Shown in pieces: positions 25,483 through 35,233 of a stretch of DNA of 64,000 nt (the stretch's first letter is position 1; each line of letters begins with the position of its first letter). The notes below the pieces were generated by a model. The model was given only the letters and a program-made list of their open reading frames with translations, ran no database searches and had not been told where the DNA came from. Position numbers and translations under genes: made by a program. The stretch spans positions 1 to 64,000 of the IMG/VR virus record IMGVR_UViG_3300024272_000051. The stretch is one strand, 5' to 3'. Origin of the DNA: a virus. Its lineage: Duplodnaviria; Caudoviricetes.

Positions 25483-26130
25483 TTGGTCAAAAACATATTT
25501 GCATAAAGCGAAAAGACAGGTGGGAGTTTGTGATGGTTTTTAACTCAGAGGAATTAAGGGACGTGACACTAAAAGAAGGGGTGCTTATTCAAACACCGGC
25601 GCCAAAGAGTATTCTTTGGATCGGAGACAAATATTACAGAACATCATTGCCGGTAGATCAGCATTTTAACTGGTTGCAAAAGATAATGTGGAAATTGTGT
25701 TTTGGAATTAAAGTTGAAGACCGTTGCGAGAAAGGTGCACGATATGAAAAAAGAAGAAAAGAGATGTGGTATGACTCGACAAGAGGCTATGGATCTGGAA
25801 ACAAAGTGCGATCAGCTGATGTCGGAATATCTGCGTACAAAGTGCAACGTGTCCTTGGCACTGAGCGGAAAATTTAAAGTATGCTTTGATGATAACTATA
25901 TTACATTTGACAAAAAAGACATGTCTGTAGTGTATGTTAATGTCCATGGATATTACTCAGACTTAAAGGTAACTGTTAATTTTATTGTTAGATGTGTCAG
26001 TGAAAACAGAGAACTTTTTGATAAGCTGATATGGTCTTACGAACATATATCTGAACTAAATTAGATAAGATAACTACAATCGTTGGGATAGAGGTGCAGC
26101 TGCAATTGCGACAATTAAGGAGTGACAAAT

Positions 26131-26799
26131 ATGGGAGAACTAAGTATTAGTAAGGGCAACTCAAAACTCGGAAGTATACAAAGCATTTCTTTACCTTCGG
26201 GGCTCACTTGTAGAGAATGTAAATGTCAAAGTAAGTGCTATGCGAGAAAAATCGCTCGGCTGAGGCCAACAGTGGCAAAAGCCTATCAACACAACTATGA
26301 GATACTACAATCAAATCCAGAGGTTTATTGGCGGGAGGTCGAAGCGGCAATTATGCTGTCTCGATACTTCCGTTTCCATGTTTCCGGTGATATCCCAAAT
26401 GTAAACTACCTTATTAAAATGGTGGAGATCGCCAAAAGAAATCCACACTGTGAGATTTTGTGCTTCACAAAGAAGTATGAGATTGTAAATGACTACATCA
26501 TTGATTCATATATCGCATCTATCGATGGTACATCAATTCATCCACAGCTTTATAACATGTGGATGATTGCGGAACGGATTATACCAAAAAACTTACATAT
26601 TATATTTAGTGCATGGGTTGACTTAGAAATGGTCAACCCATTTTCTTTACCCGAAGCACATGTGCGATATAGGGATGGATCTACAACAGCAAGAGATGGT
26701 GCCAAAGAATGTGGTGGAAACTGCACAGAGTGTGCTACAACAGACGATGGTTGTTGGATTCTAAAACATGGAGAACAAGTGATATTCGATGAACACTGA
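26131..26799 (+). CDS. GP88-family (radical-SAM-like) protein
   Basis: GNSKLG, TC..C....CYA, FRFHVSGD, FTK, C-terminal C...C..C....C. Confidence 0.75.
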   Translation: MGELSISKGNSKLGSIQSISLPSGLTCRECKCQSKCYARKIARLRPTVAKAYQHNYEILQSNPEVYWREVEAAIMLSRYFRFHVSGDIPNVNYLIKMVEIAKRNPHCEILCFTKKYEIVNDYIIDSYIASIDGTSIHPQLYNMWMIAERIIPKNLHIIFSAWVDLEMVNPFSLPEAHVRYRDGSTTARDGAKECGGNCTECATTDDGCWILKHGEQVIFDEH

Positions 26800-26825
26800 T
26801 GCAACAGAACAAGGGGGAATTAAAA

Positions 26826-27266
26826 ATGAGTATGTGCTATTGGATGATCGAGGGAATTGGTGTTCGGGCAGACCGAATCGAATCTCACGTTAATAAAGAA
26901 AAATTGCTCGATTTCCTTATTGAGCAGCTTCCGGACGATGGAGAACTAAGGTTACTAAAATCATCTGGCAACATTTCTTCTCTTGATCCAAGCGACTATT
27001 ATTATGGAGAGCCGTTTGAAAATTTTGCAGATATGCTTTGTCATTGCGATGACACAGACAGCCTGATATTTGGAGGAGATGGTGACGGGAATGATTATTT
27101 TTACTATCCACCATCTATGCCTTGGTATCACACAAAAAATGAACCCAACAGCCTTCTTGAGGTTCATGATCGAATTGTGGACGCAGTACAAAAATTGACA
27201 GATATGACCAGAGAGGAGATTCTCGAAGTTATTCAAGACGATTTGTACGAGGTCGGCTTTGGCTAA
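26826..27266 (+). CDS. Hypothetical protein
   Basis: Tiled ORF. Confidence 0.6.
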   Translation: MSMCYWMIEGIGVRADRIESHVNKEKLLDFLIEQLPDDGELRLLKSSGNISSLDPSDYYYGEPFENFADMLCHCDDTDSLIFGGDGDGNDYFYYPPSMPWYHTKNEPNSLLEVHDRIVDAVQKLTDMTREEILEVIQDDLYEVGFG

Positions 27267-27296
27267 TTTATAACATATCCCCAAGGAGGTATTGCG

Positions 27297-27785
27297 ATGA
27301 TTGATGTTGGTGAATGTTACTTTGCCTGTGATGAGTGTCCGATTAGCGATGGTGTGGAGTACCGCCTTCGGATTGCTGAAGAGGGTGGGTATGAGCCACA
27401 ATTGGAGTATTGCGGATGTGACAAAATTCAGGACGAATTCTTGTTTGGTGGATATTGTGAAGATGCCTTTGTTTGCAAACCACGCAAGAAGAAAACCGGG
27501 AAGCGCAGAACTGGATCAGAGTATCGAAGAGCTATGCGAATCAAGCATAGAGACGATCTGATGGCAATTCTTGATCTTGGATACAAACCGTATGTGGGAT
27601 GGGCCGATTGGGAGTGGGTAGATGGGGTGTGGAAGCGCACCGGTACATATATCAAGTTCCCAAGAGATTCCAGAAAAGAAAAATATCTAAAGAAATGTGC
27701 AAATAGACATGTCCGCAGAAGCAAAGAAATATATCGAGGGAATCAGTACAAAAAGTGCTATGAATATTGGTGGCAGTTGTATTAA
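27297..27785 (+). CDS. Hypothetical protein, Cys-rich N-terminus and basic C-terminus
   Basis: AAGGAGG SD. Confidence 0.65.
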   Translation: MIDVGECYFACDECPISDGVEYRLRIAEEGGYEPQLEYCGCDKIQDEFLFGGYCEDAFVCKPRKKKTGKRRTGSEYRRAMRIKHRDDLMAILDLGYKPYVGWADWEWVDGVWKRTGTYIKFPRDSRKEKYLKKCANRHVRRSKEIYRGNQYKKCYEYWWQLY

Positions 27786-27799
27786 TAGGGGGTGGAAAG

Positions 27800-28288
27800 T
27801 TGTTATCAACATATGACGAAAACAAGCATTTGATCGAACGCTATCCGTTTCTAATGCCACACAATCGTTTTACAGATGAAACGCCTGTAGAATTTGATTA
27901 CAGGTATACTGAATTAGATTCTATGCCATGCGGATGGAGAAAAGCTTTTGGGAAGCAGATGTGTGAGGAAATTAGAGAAGAGCTGCTGCGTATCAACTGT
28001 ATTGACAGATATCGAATAATGGATATTAAGGAAAAATACGGTGTGCTTAGATGGTATGGGACGCTTGTACGACGTGATTCAGAGCATGACACAAGAACAC
28101 TACATAACATCATTCAAAAATACGAAGCTCTATCGGCAAAAACATGTATTAAATGTGGAGAACCTGCAACAAAAGTTTCCGTTGGGTGGATCAGTCCCTA
28201 TTGTGATGTGTGCGCAGAAAAAATTGATGGGTATGAGCAGTTTATACCAATAGATGAATGGCTTGCTGAATGTGAGGAGGAATTGTAG
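27800..28288 (+). CDS. Hypothetical phage protein (GW..KEKYG.LRWY..CxxCG)
   Basis: Common phage motif. Confidence 0.65.
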   Translation: MLSTYDENKHLIERYPFLMPHNRFTDETPVEFDYRYTELDSMPCGWRKAFGKQMCEEIREELLRINCIDRYRIMDIKEKYGVLRWYGTLVRRDSEHDTRTLHNIIQKYEALSAKTCIKCGEPATKVSVGWISPYCDVCAEKIDGYEQFIPIDEWLAECEEEL

Positions 28289-28573
28289 ATGTTTAAACGA
28301 ATAGGGGAATTAAAGCTAAAAGAAGGTGTATTTTCCAATGGAGATCATTTGGTGGTCTGGTTTGATGATACAAGACGTATTCTAAAAGTCTCCCTGTGTA
28401 GCAAGAATTATGCACTCCCGGACGAAGCGATAATCCATCTACTGGTAGATAGTCATGGAAGGCTTATTACAGATGGAGACAAATGGAAGAAAAAATGTTT
28501 GGAGCTTGCAGCTCGCATAGACGAACTGGAGGCGGCTCATGAGGACTACGGTGATATAGATGATTTATCTTGA
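28289..28573 (+). CDS. Hypothetical protein
   Basis: GAGGAGG SD. Confidence 0.6.
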   Translation: MFKRIGELKLKEGVFSNGDHLVVWFDDTRRILKVSLCSKNYALPDEAIIHLLVDSHGRLITDGDKWKKKCLELAARIDELEAAHEDYGDIDDLS

Positions 28574-29693
28574 TAATGCTGCGACAACAAAAGTCTCACA
28601 AGAGGTGATAGATGCTATGCTGCCATATATGTCGTTGAACTATGGAAATCCTGGCAGCATTCATTCTATGGGACGCTTAGCTGCCAACGCCATAGAAAAA
28701 GCGAGGAAGCAAGTTGCAAAACCAATCAATGCTGATCCGGAGTGTATTATTTTCACTTCCGGTGGGTCCGAGGCCAATACGCTGGCTATTGTTGGTTTGG
28801 CTGATTATTTGCGACGGGTAGGTAAGACGCATATCATCACATCTACGGTCGAGCACCAATCTGTCTTAGAGCCTATAAAATACCTATTTGATAATGGTTT
28901 TGATGTAACACATATTTCAGTAGATTCAAACGGGTATGTGTCGCCAGACGATGTTGATAACGCCATACATGGTGGCACTGGCCTTGTTTCTATTATGGGA
29001 ATTAACAATGAAATAGGCAACAAGATGGATACGAAATCCATTGGGCAGATTTGCAGAGCGAATGATGTTTTATTTCACACTGATTGTGTGCAAGCATATT
29101 GTGATACCGAGATCGATGTAGACAAGTTCTGCATCGATTTTTTGTCTGCGTCTGGTCACAAGTTTCACGCACAAAAGGGGATTGGTTTTCTATATGCAAG
29201 AAATAAAGACTTGTTGAATCCAATTATTTTTGGCGGAAAACAGGAATTTGGGATTCGTGCAGGAACGGAAAATGTGCCGGCAATTATTGGAATGGGAGCG
29301 GCTGCAGAGGGAGTATATAGAGAATGCCATAAAACACCTGAGCACTACAAGACAATAAAAGAAGAATTTTTCAACATTTTGAGTGAGCTACAGGGCGTCT
29401 ATATTAACGGCGATCCATGTAAAGATTCTAAAATTGTAAATATGCGTTTTGATGGTGTTGATGGAGAGACATTACTTTTACTTTTGGGTAGTAAGGGTGT
29501 TGTTGTATCGGCAGGCTCGGCCTGCACCGCACACTTGGCTGTTCCAAGCCATGTGTTGACCGCGATTGGACTATCAAGCGACCAAGCAAGGAGTTCTATT
29601 CGTATTTCATTTTCAAAATATACAACATTAGAAGAAGTTCGCGATGCTGCCCGTGTCGTCGTTGAATCTGTAAAAAACTTACGAAGGAGATAA
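28560..29693 (+). CDS. iscS: Cysteine desulfurase
   Basis: YLDNAATT, GNPGSIH, FTSGGSE, SGHKF (PLP Lys), RAGTEN, SAGSAC catalytic Cys. Confidence 0.93.
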   Translation: MIYLDNAATTKVSQEVIDAMLPYMSLNYGNPGSIHSMGRLAANAIEKARKQVAKPINADPECIIFTSGGSEANTLAIVGLADYLRRVGKTHIITSTVEHQSVLEPIKYLFDNGFDVTHISVDSNGYVSPDDVDNAIHGGTGLVSIMGINNEIGNKMDTKSIGQICRANDVLFHTDCVQAYCDTEIDVDKFCIDFLSASGHKFHAQKGIGFLYARNKDLLNPIIFGGKQEFGIRAGTENVPAIIGMGAAAEGVYRECHKTPEHYKTIKEEFFNILSELQGVYINGDPCKDSKIVNMRFDGVDGETLLLLLGSKGVVVSAGSACTAHLAVPSHVLTAIGLSSDQARSSIRISFSKYTTLEEVRDAARVVVESVKNLRRR

Positions 29694-29696
29694 ACA

Positions 29697-30098
29697 ATGG
29701 GATACTATACTGATTACAGTTTGGCGGTCTACGGTATTTCTGTCTCAGGAGATACGGTAACAACTAGCTCTGTTCCTACTATCGTCAGAAATGACTTGGT
29801 AGCAGAGATTGATAAAATGGGGGTTTTTAGTCAAAGCGATGTCGAATACGGATGGTATGCCAATGCGAAATGGTACGACTATGCTGACGATATGAAATAC
29901 CTGTCCAGTAAGTTTCCGGAAGTTCTCTTTGAACTCCATGGAGCTGGTGAAGACCAGGAAGATATGTGGTATGCATACTTCCACGACGGCAGAGAACAAC
30001 ACTGTCCAGCAGTTATTACCTATGATGATTTTTGTTTGTCGAAATTAGGGCAAAAAGAAACATTTGCCTCAGATACAAAATATTCATACCAATCGTAA
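29697..30098 (+). CDS. Hypothetical phage protein (MGYYT..KWYD..GED)
   Basis: AAGGAG SD. Confidence 0.65.
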   Translation: MGYYTDYSLAVYGISVSGDTVTTSSVPTIVRNDLVAEIDKMGVFSQSDVEYGWYANAKWYDYADDMKYLSSKFPEVLFELHGAGEDQEDMWYAYFHDGREQHCPAVITYDDFCLSKLGQKETFASDTKYSYQS

Positions 30099-30110
30099 GG
30101 AGTATTCGAT

Positions 30111-30755
30111 ATGAACGATTTTGACTACGATGTTTTGCAGAAAAAAAGACTTGCTCAACAAGCAAAATATCGTAAGAACGGAAGTAAAAGCAAAAAATGT
30201 CCGTTGTCCACTGATCACATGACTCAGAAACAATGGAAAGAAAGGTGTGGAGAAACAATGACTTATCAACTTGGGAGACCTATGGTTTGGGATGATTTCC
30301 GGAAGCTCCCCATACATATTCAAAAAGAATACCTTCTTGGACTAATTCGCAAGTACTCAACAACAGCATCGGATCTTGCCACTATGTTTGGCATTGCACC
30401 TCAGACTGTTACAAAGTTTTGCGGTTGTGACGAAATCGGCATCAAATTCACAAGAGGAAAGCGCATGCCCAAAAATCTTCGTGAAGAGTTTGAAAAGTTT
30501 ATGGCTTGCGATTTGTTGCAAGAGGAGAAACAAATTATTGACGATCCTCTGCCAAGAGATGAGGCAAACATAAGTGATGTAAAACACTCTGTTGATGTTA
30601 ATGATATGTCCAAGTCGAAACGGATGGCAATGACGGAGTTTAGCCTGTGTTTTAATGGGAAGTTCAGCAGGGATATGATTTGTAACTCCTTGGCTTCAAT
30701 GGTGCCTGCTGGGACTGAAGTGTGTATTGATGTCAAGTGCTCAATTGTATCGTAA
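30111..30755 (+). CDS. Hypothetical HTH-containing protein
   Basis: SDLATMFGIAPQTV helix-turn-helix pattern. Confidence 0.6.
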   Translation: MNDFDYDVLQKKRLAQQAKYRKNGSKSKKCPLSTDHMTQKQWKERCGETMTYQLGRPMVWDDFRKLPIHIQKEYLLGLIRKYSTTASDLATMFGIAPQTVTKFCGCDEIGIKFTRGKRMPKNLREEFEKFMACDLLQEEKQIIDDPLPRDEANISDVKHSVDVNDMSKSKRMAMTEFSLCFNGKFSRDMICNSLASMVPAGTEVCIDVKCSIVS

Positions 30756-30762
30756 CATTTGG

Positions 30763-30791
30763 TTGAAAAAGTTAGCATACAGGGATATAAT
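30763..30791 (+). promoter_or_regulatory. SigA-type promoter
   Basis: TTGAAA-17-TATAAT. Confidence 0.6.
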
Positions 30792-30822
30792 AATTTAACA
30801 GCAAGAAAGGTGGGAAGTATTT

Positions 30823-31188
30823 ATGTCAGAAAACACGAAGACCATTGACGATAAGGTAAAAGAAATTTCATCCAAAACAGATGGGATTTATGTTTTGGAT
30901 ATCGACAATTATAAGCGACTGTGTATTGTTTACTCAGAGCTTCGTAAGTTTTCATTGCAGAACGACGGTGGCATTGCCGACATTCAAATGGAGCCTACCA
31001 CTGAGTTTGCTAAAATTTCTGTTGTTGTACCAACAGTAGATTTGTATCGAGATGGGCTTGAGCAATTTATCAACCTTCTTTCGATGATTGATGCACTGGA
31101 TGTGTCCACAACAGAAGATGGGTTTCTAATGATCGGTGCCGCCGTTTCCGGTGTATGGAAGGCGGTAAGAGAGAATGAACAAGAATAG
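30823..31188 (+). CDS. Hypothetical protein
   Basis: ORF after promoter. Confidence 0.6.
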   Translation: MSENTKTIDDKVKEISSKTDGIYVLDIDNYKRLCIVYSELRKFSLQNDGGIADIQMEPTTEFAKISVVVPTVDLYRDGLEQFINLLSMIDALDVSTTEDGFLMIGAAVSGVWKAVRENEQE

Positions 31189-31405
31189 AAGAAAGTCACT
31201 TAGGCGTGCATTATCATATCTTGACAGTGCAATTTGTATTATTCGCGATGCAAAAGACGAGGAACAGGATTGTTTAGACAACCTTCCAGAAAATCTCCAG
31301 AGCAGCGAGCGCTACGAACGCATGGAGAGCGCAATAGACAATTTAGAAGATGCTATAGATAAAATTGATGAAGCAAAAGATAGCATTAATGAAGCGGTAG
31401 CATAG
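31175..31405 (+). CDS. Small coiled-coil phage protein (EEQ..DNLPENLQ.SER)
   Basis: Common phage motif. Confidence 0.7.
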   Translation: MNKNRRKSLRRALSYLDSAICIIRDAKDEEQDCLDNLPENLQSSERYERMESAIDNLEDAIDKIDEAKDSINEAVA

Positions 31406-31418
31406 GTGGTGTTTGTGT

Positions 31419-32063
31419 ATGGCCTTGATCATAGCTATTGTTCTTATTTTAATAATTACAATTAAAGTTGGTAACGAAAAACAAGAGTCGTACAAAACAG
31501 ATGCTCTTATTGCATCCAATTTACGGCAAGACGAAAGAATTAAAATGTTTGCAGAAGATCGGAATCTTGAACTTTTACTAAAGGAGAAACTTGACGATCC
31601 AAGTAAGTATGAAGAAGTGATGGAAGAACTGAGCGATGTTTTTTCTCAAGTTTTATTACATAATGAGCTTGAGGCGTTCTCATACTACCCTAAAAACAAA
31701 TACTTGGTTGAATACGACATGGCGTTAAGAATGCTTATGGCAAAAAGGGGAAAGATACCTCGATGGGAGTGCTCTGTTTCAGGCGCTTTTCCAACGACCA
31801 TGCATCTTCCGTCTCAGGTATCCGACAAGGGCAGACGATTGAGAAAATGCTTTAAGAAACTCATGGGGTGGGTGGAACAAGAGCTTGTTAATCATGATGT
31901 GCCTATTCGTCTCATTGTGGTGGTAGGTCCCGACGAGGTTAATTCATTAACTGAAAAATATGTTAGTCGAGGAATGGATTTTTATTGGGATGACTATCAG
32001 AAAATTGCAGACCCAGAGGCTTTAACGGATAATATATACGGTTTCCGGTGGAGTCTAAAATAG
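31419..32063 (+). CDS. Membrane-anchored hypothetical protein
   Basis: N-terminal TM segment. Confidence 0.65.
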   Translation: MALIIAIVLILIITIKVGNEKQESYKTDALIASNLRQDERIKMFAEDRNLELLLKEKLDDPSKYEEVMEELSDVFSQVLLHNELEAFSYYPKNKYLVEYDMALRMLMAKRGKIPRWECSVSGAFPTTMHLPSQVSDKGRRLRKCFKKLMGWVEQELVNHDVPIRLIVVVGPDEVNSLTEKYVSRGMDFYWDDYQKIADPEALTDNIYGFRWSLK

Positions 32064-32100
32064 GGCAGAGCGACCATCGCAGTCGCTCTGTTCTTTATTT
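32062..32100 (+). terminator. Intrinsic terminator
   Basis: AGGGCAGAGCGAC/GTCGCTCTGTTCT followed by T-rich tail. Confidence 0.75.
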
Positions 32101-32172
32101 GGCTTAAGCAATATTTTATTGTTATTGATAAATTTTCAAGAAATTGTCAAATAGTTTTATGTTTCCCAAACC

Positions 32173-32246
32173 TTGACACATCCAATTGTTTGTGTTAGCA
32201 TATGGAACATGAACACATATTCAAACGAATGTTCGAATAAGTGTTC
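32173..32246 (+). promoter_or_regulatory. SigA promoter followed by three contiguous LexA (SOS)-like boxes
   Basis: TTGACA-17-TAGCAT (32173-32201); GAACACATATTC, AAACGAATGTTC, GAATAAGTGTTC at 32211-32246. Confidence 0.75.
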
Positions 32247-32451
32247 GAAAATGAAGTGGCAACTGTAATGCTTTGCAAAAGAAAAGAGGACAAGCCGAAG
32301 CTTGCCCTCCCCGCCCGAAAGGAATACACCAAACCCCAAGGCGGCATTGCAGCAAAACACTGCAAGTGAACGACATACTGCAATATGTCTTCACGACTGT
32401 AGTGTACCACGCAAACAAACAAAAATCAACAGAAATCTGGAGGTATGCTAC

Positions 32452-32760
32452 ATGAAGTCGAATCTCTCTCTTGGGCAATTTAGAATTGAAGCAGAAGCAT
32501 ATAAGGATATTATTGTTACGTTTGATGATCCTCTTAGCCCACTGAAGTTTTCACTCCAATTTGATCATATTGCTGTGAATATTTCAGCCTCACCTTACAT
32601 CGCCTTAAAAAGTAGTTCTGCAAGAATGTGTCTTAACCATATTTGTTCCATAAAAAGACATAGAAGATCTGACGATGAACAATCATACATATTTCTATGC
32701 AATGACTACACATTGAGCGATAGACCTACTCAGGTTAGGTACACATTGAGGTGTAGTTAA
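32452..32760 (+). CDS. Hypothetical protein under putative SOS control
   Basis: GGAGG SD, ATG 32452. Confidence 0.65.
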   Translation: MKSNLSLGQFRIEAEAYKDIIVTFDDPLSPLKFSLQFDHIAVNISASPYIALKSSSARMCLNHICSIKRHRRSDDEQSYIFLCNDYTLSDRPTQVRYTLRCS

Positions 32761-32789
32761 AAGATTTCGGAATACTTCATAAATTATTG

Positions 32790-32818
32790 TTGACATTATA
32801 CGCATTATGTGATATAAT
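32790..32818 (+). promoter_or_regulatory. Consensus SigA promoter for mazF-mrpR
   Basis: TTGACA-17-TATAAT with extended -10 TG. Confidence 0.85.
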
Positions 32819-32847
32819 CAGCCCATCAAGATAAGGAGGGACTGAAC

Positions 32848-33282
32848 ATGAGCGAGACTCGTCACGAAGTGCGTATGGCTCCGATGATCGGAGAAGTTTA
32901 CCTGATGAAGTTTGAAGGTAGCGGGAATGAGCAGAACGGGTGGAGACCTGGCGTGGTGTTCCAAAACAACACCGGCAACGCGCATAGCCCGAATGTGATA
33001 GCATTGCCATTAACAAGTTCAATCAAAAAAGCAATGCAGCCAACTCACGTGGTTGTCTACGCTGCAGATACTGGTCTACGCATGGATAGCATGGTGTTAT
33101 GTGAAAATCCTGAAAAGATGTCTAAGTCTAAAATCGGCAAGTTCATTACTAAGCTCTCCGATGATTACATGAGAAAGATCGCAATGGCTAATCTGATTGC
33201 AACGTCAGCGATTTCTTTTCTAAACGAAGCGGACTTGTTGGACGCATGGAGAAAGTCTATGAAGTTTAACTGTGCGGCATAG
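32848..33282 (+). CDS. mazF: PemK/MazF-family endoribonuclease
   Basis: GEVY..GNEQNGWRPGVVFQNNTGN..SPNVIALPLTS..PTHV, SMVLCE. Confidence 0.88.
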   Translation: MSETRHEVRMAPMIGEVYLMKFEGSGNEQNGWRPGVVFQNNTGNAHSPNVIALPLTSSIKKAMQPTHVVVYAADTGLRMDSMVLCENPEKMSKSKIGKFITKLSDDYMRKIAMANLIATSAISFLNEADLLDAWRKSMKFNCAA

Positions 33283-33291
33283 GAGGTAGTC

Positions 33292-34224
33292 ATGTACAAC
33301 GAAGAGCGCAAGATGAGGTTCCTTGAAGAGACGAGATCATCCGTCGGATTTGGTAAGTCTGTATTTAAGACTATAGCCCCTTATGAACACGAGGCAAAGA
33401 TGGATCTGTGTGAGCTACCGATTGAGATTTTACAGCCAGTAGCAAACTCCAACTTTGGTTCACGAACGAGAACATCAGATTCAACCATCGCATTTCTTCG
33501 CGCATACACAACTTGGTGTAGGGAAGAAGGATTTCCAGTTGGGGATGGTGTATATCTGTTAAAAACAGAAATGGACGAAAAAGTTCGCCGTCTAATGATT
33601 GCGTCGCCTAAGCATCTTGAAGCCACACTAAACAAGGCGTTTGCACCAGTCCAGTCTGAAACAGTGGACTGTCTTTATCGTTGTTATTTATGGATGGCTT
33701 TTGCGGGGTTGAAGGATGTAGATGCACTGGATGTCAAAGTTTGCGAAATTGACTTTGATACGATGTTAATTGAACACAACGGAAGGTCTTATGAACTGTA
33801 TCGTGAAGCGGTTCCCACATTTAAAATGGCATGTAGTGCTACGCAATTCCGCTATATCAACCCAAATTATGGATCAGACAAGCAGGGTGGATATCGAAAT
33901 AGATATCCGGGAGAACTCCTCATGCGAGGTATTCGTTCGGAGCAAATTAAAATTGCAACTGTAAGAGCAAGCATTGGCAAGGCATTTAAAGAATGTGGTG
34001 TGGAAACTACCTATAACAAAATCCGACTGTCTGGATTGTTCTACAAGGCATATGAGATGGAACGATGTGGCGAAGAAGTTAATTTTGATGGTATTGTTGA
34101 AGAAAGACTTTCTCAGATGGATCACAAATACCACAAGAACTACACAAGAAATAAGGAAGCAAATGGAATTCGACGCGACTTGTTTGATGACTACGGTTGT
34201 TGGAAAGCAGCATTTGCAAGATAA
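33292..34224 (+). CDS. MrpR/YopR-like integrase-fold lysogeny repressor
   Basis: MYNEERKMRFLEE N-terminus; degenerate tyrosine-recombinase boxes (AGLKDVD, NKIRLSG). Confidence 0.7.
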   Translation: MYNEERKMRFLEETRSSVGFGKSVFKTIAPYEHEAKMDLCELPIEILQPVANSNFGSRTRTSDSTIAFLRAYTTWCREEGFPVGDGVYLLKTEMDEKVRRLMIASPKHLEATLNKAFAPVQSETVDCLYRCYLWMAFAGLKDVDALDVKVCEIDFDTMLIEHNGRSYELYREAVPTFKMACSATQFRYINPNYGSDKQGGYRNRYPGELLMRGIRSEQIKIATVRASIGKAFKECGVETTYNKIRLSGLFYKAYEMERCGEEVNFDGIVEERLSQMDHKYHKNYTRNKEANGIRRDLFDDYGCWKAAFAR

Positions 34225-34254
34225 AGAAGGAGGGGGAAGCCCTTCTTCTTTTTT
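34224..34254 (+). terminator. Intrinsic terminator
   Basis: AAAGAAGGAGGG-GGAAG-CCCTTCTTCTTT plus T-run. Confidence 0.75.
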
Positions 34255-34274
34255 AATTAGCTCAATTTTAAGGA

Positions 34275-34481
34275 GTGAAAAGTGTGGCACTAACATATCC
34301 AAAAGGAGAGAGTGTGTGGGTTAGTTATTACGATAAAGAACACAATCTTCGCTACATCACAACATCAAAGCCAACGAGGGATTTTTATTATCTCTATACA
34401 CTGCAAGATGGGAAGTTTGTCAAGCTTGGAAAAGACAAGAACCCGGCAGCTCTTGAGGAAAAATATATAAAATTAATATGA
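34275..34481 (+). CDS. Hypothetical protein
   Basis: ORF with SD. Confidence 0.55.
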   Translation: MKSVALTYPKGESVWVSYYDKEHNLRYITTSKPTRDFYYLYTLQDGKFVKLGKDKNPAALEEKYIKLI

Positions 34482-34638
34482 GTTTTGCGATCTGGTCGCT
34501 TAACAACACGCTCATCAAGGTTTGGAAACTTTGATTTAGAGCGTGCTTTTTAATGCCTTGATTTAGGTATTAAGTGGAAGGTGTGCAGTGTTTCTATTAT
34601 CCATATAAAACACGAGTTTGGATGAAAGGGGTGATGAT

Positions 34639-35214
34639 ATGTCAAACAACAAAGAACGATTTCTTGAACTTTGCGCAACAATCAAACGCGACGGCATCGA
34701 CGATCTGATGAGGTGGCTGGAAAAAAGTGATTTTTACACAGCACCTGCAAGCACAAAATATCATGGAGACTACAGTGGTGGTCTTCTTGAGCATTCTTTG
34801 AATGTATACGATGAATTAAAGCGCATTTTACAAGCGTATCCAGAAGTCCGAGTGGATGAAGAGTCTATTGTAATCGCGTCTCTATTCCATGATTTGTGTA
34901 AGGTTGGTCTTTACACCAGCGAAAAGAGGAATCGAAAGAATGAGCTTGGGCAATGGGAAAGTTACGATGCCTACACAATCAAAGAAAAGTTCTGTTACGG
35001 AGGACACGGCAGTAAGTCAGTATTTATTCTCCAGAACTTTATAAGGCTTACACCAGAAGAAGCGATAGCCATCAACTGCCACATGGCATCCTGGGATGGC
35101 AACAAAGATGTCGGAAATGCATTTGAACGCTGCCCATTTGCTTGGCTGGTTCATGTGGCCGACGAAGCAAGTACGTTTATTAAAGAGTCAAAAGCAAACA
35201 TTGAAAGCAATTAG
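34639..35214 (+). CDS. HD-domain phosphohydrolase
   Basis: APAS.KYH..GGLLEHS, FHDLCK, HG, HM, HVAD. Confidence 0.85.
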   Translation: MSNNKERFLELCATIKRDGIDDLMRWLEKSDFYTAPASTKYHGDYSGGLLEHSLNVYDELKRILQAYPEVRVDEESIVIASLFHDLCKVGLYTSEKRNRKNELGQWESYDAYTIKEKFCYGGHGSKSVFILQNFIRLTPEEAIAINCHMASWDGNKDVGNAFERCPFAWLVHVADEASTFIKESKANIESN

Positions 35215-35233
35215 TTAAATAAGAGGTAAAACT

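Noticed and set aside
28560-29693. DndA of a phosphorothioation system
   Set aside because: No dndBCDE or ssp genes in the window.
33292-34224. Second active integrase
   Set aside because: Box I Arg and the HxxR His are replaced; fits an MrpR-like repressor better.
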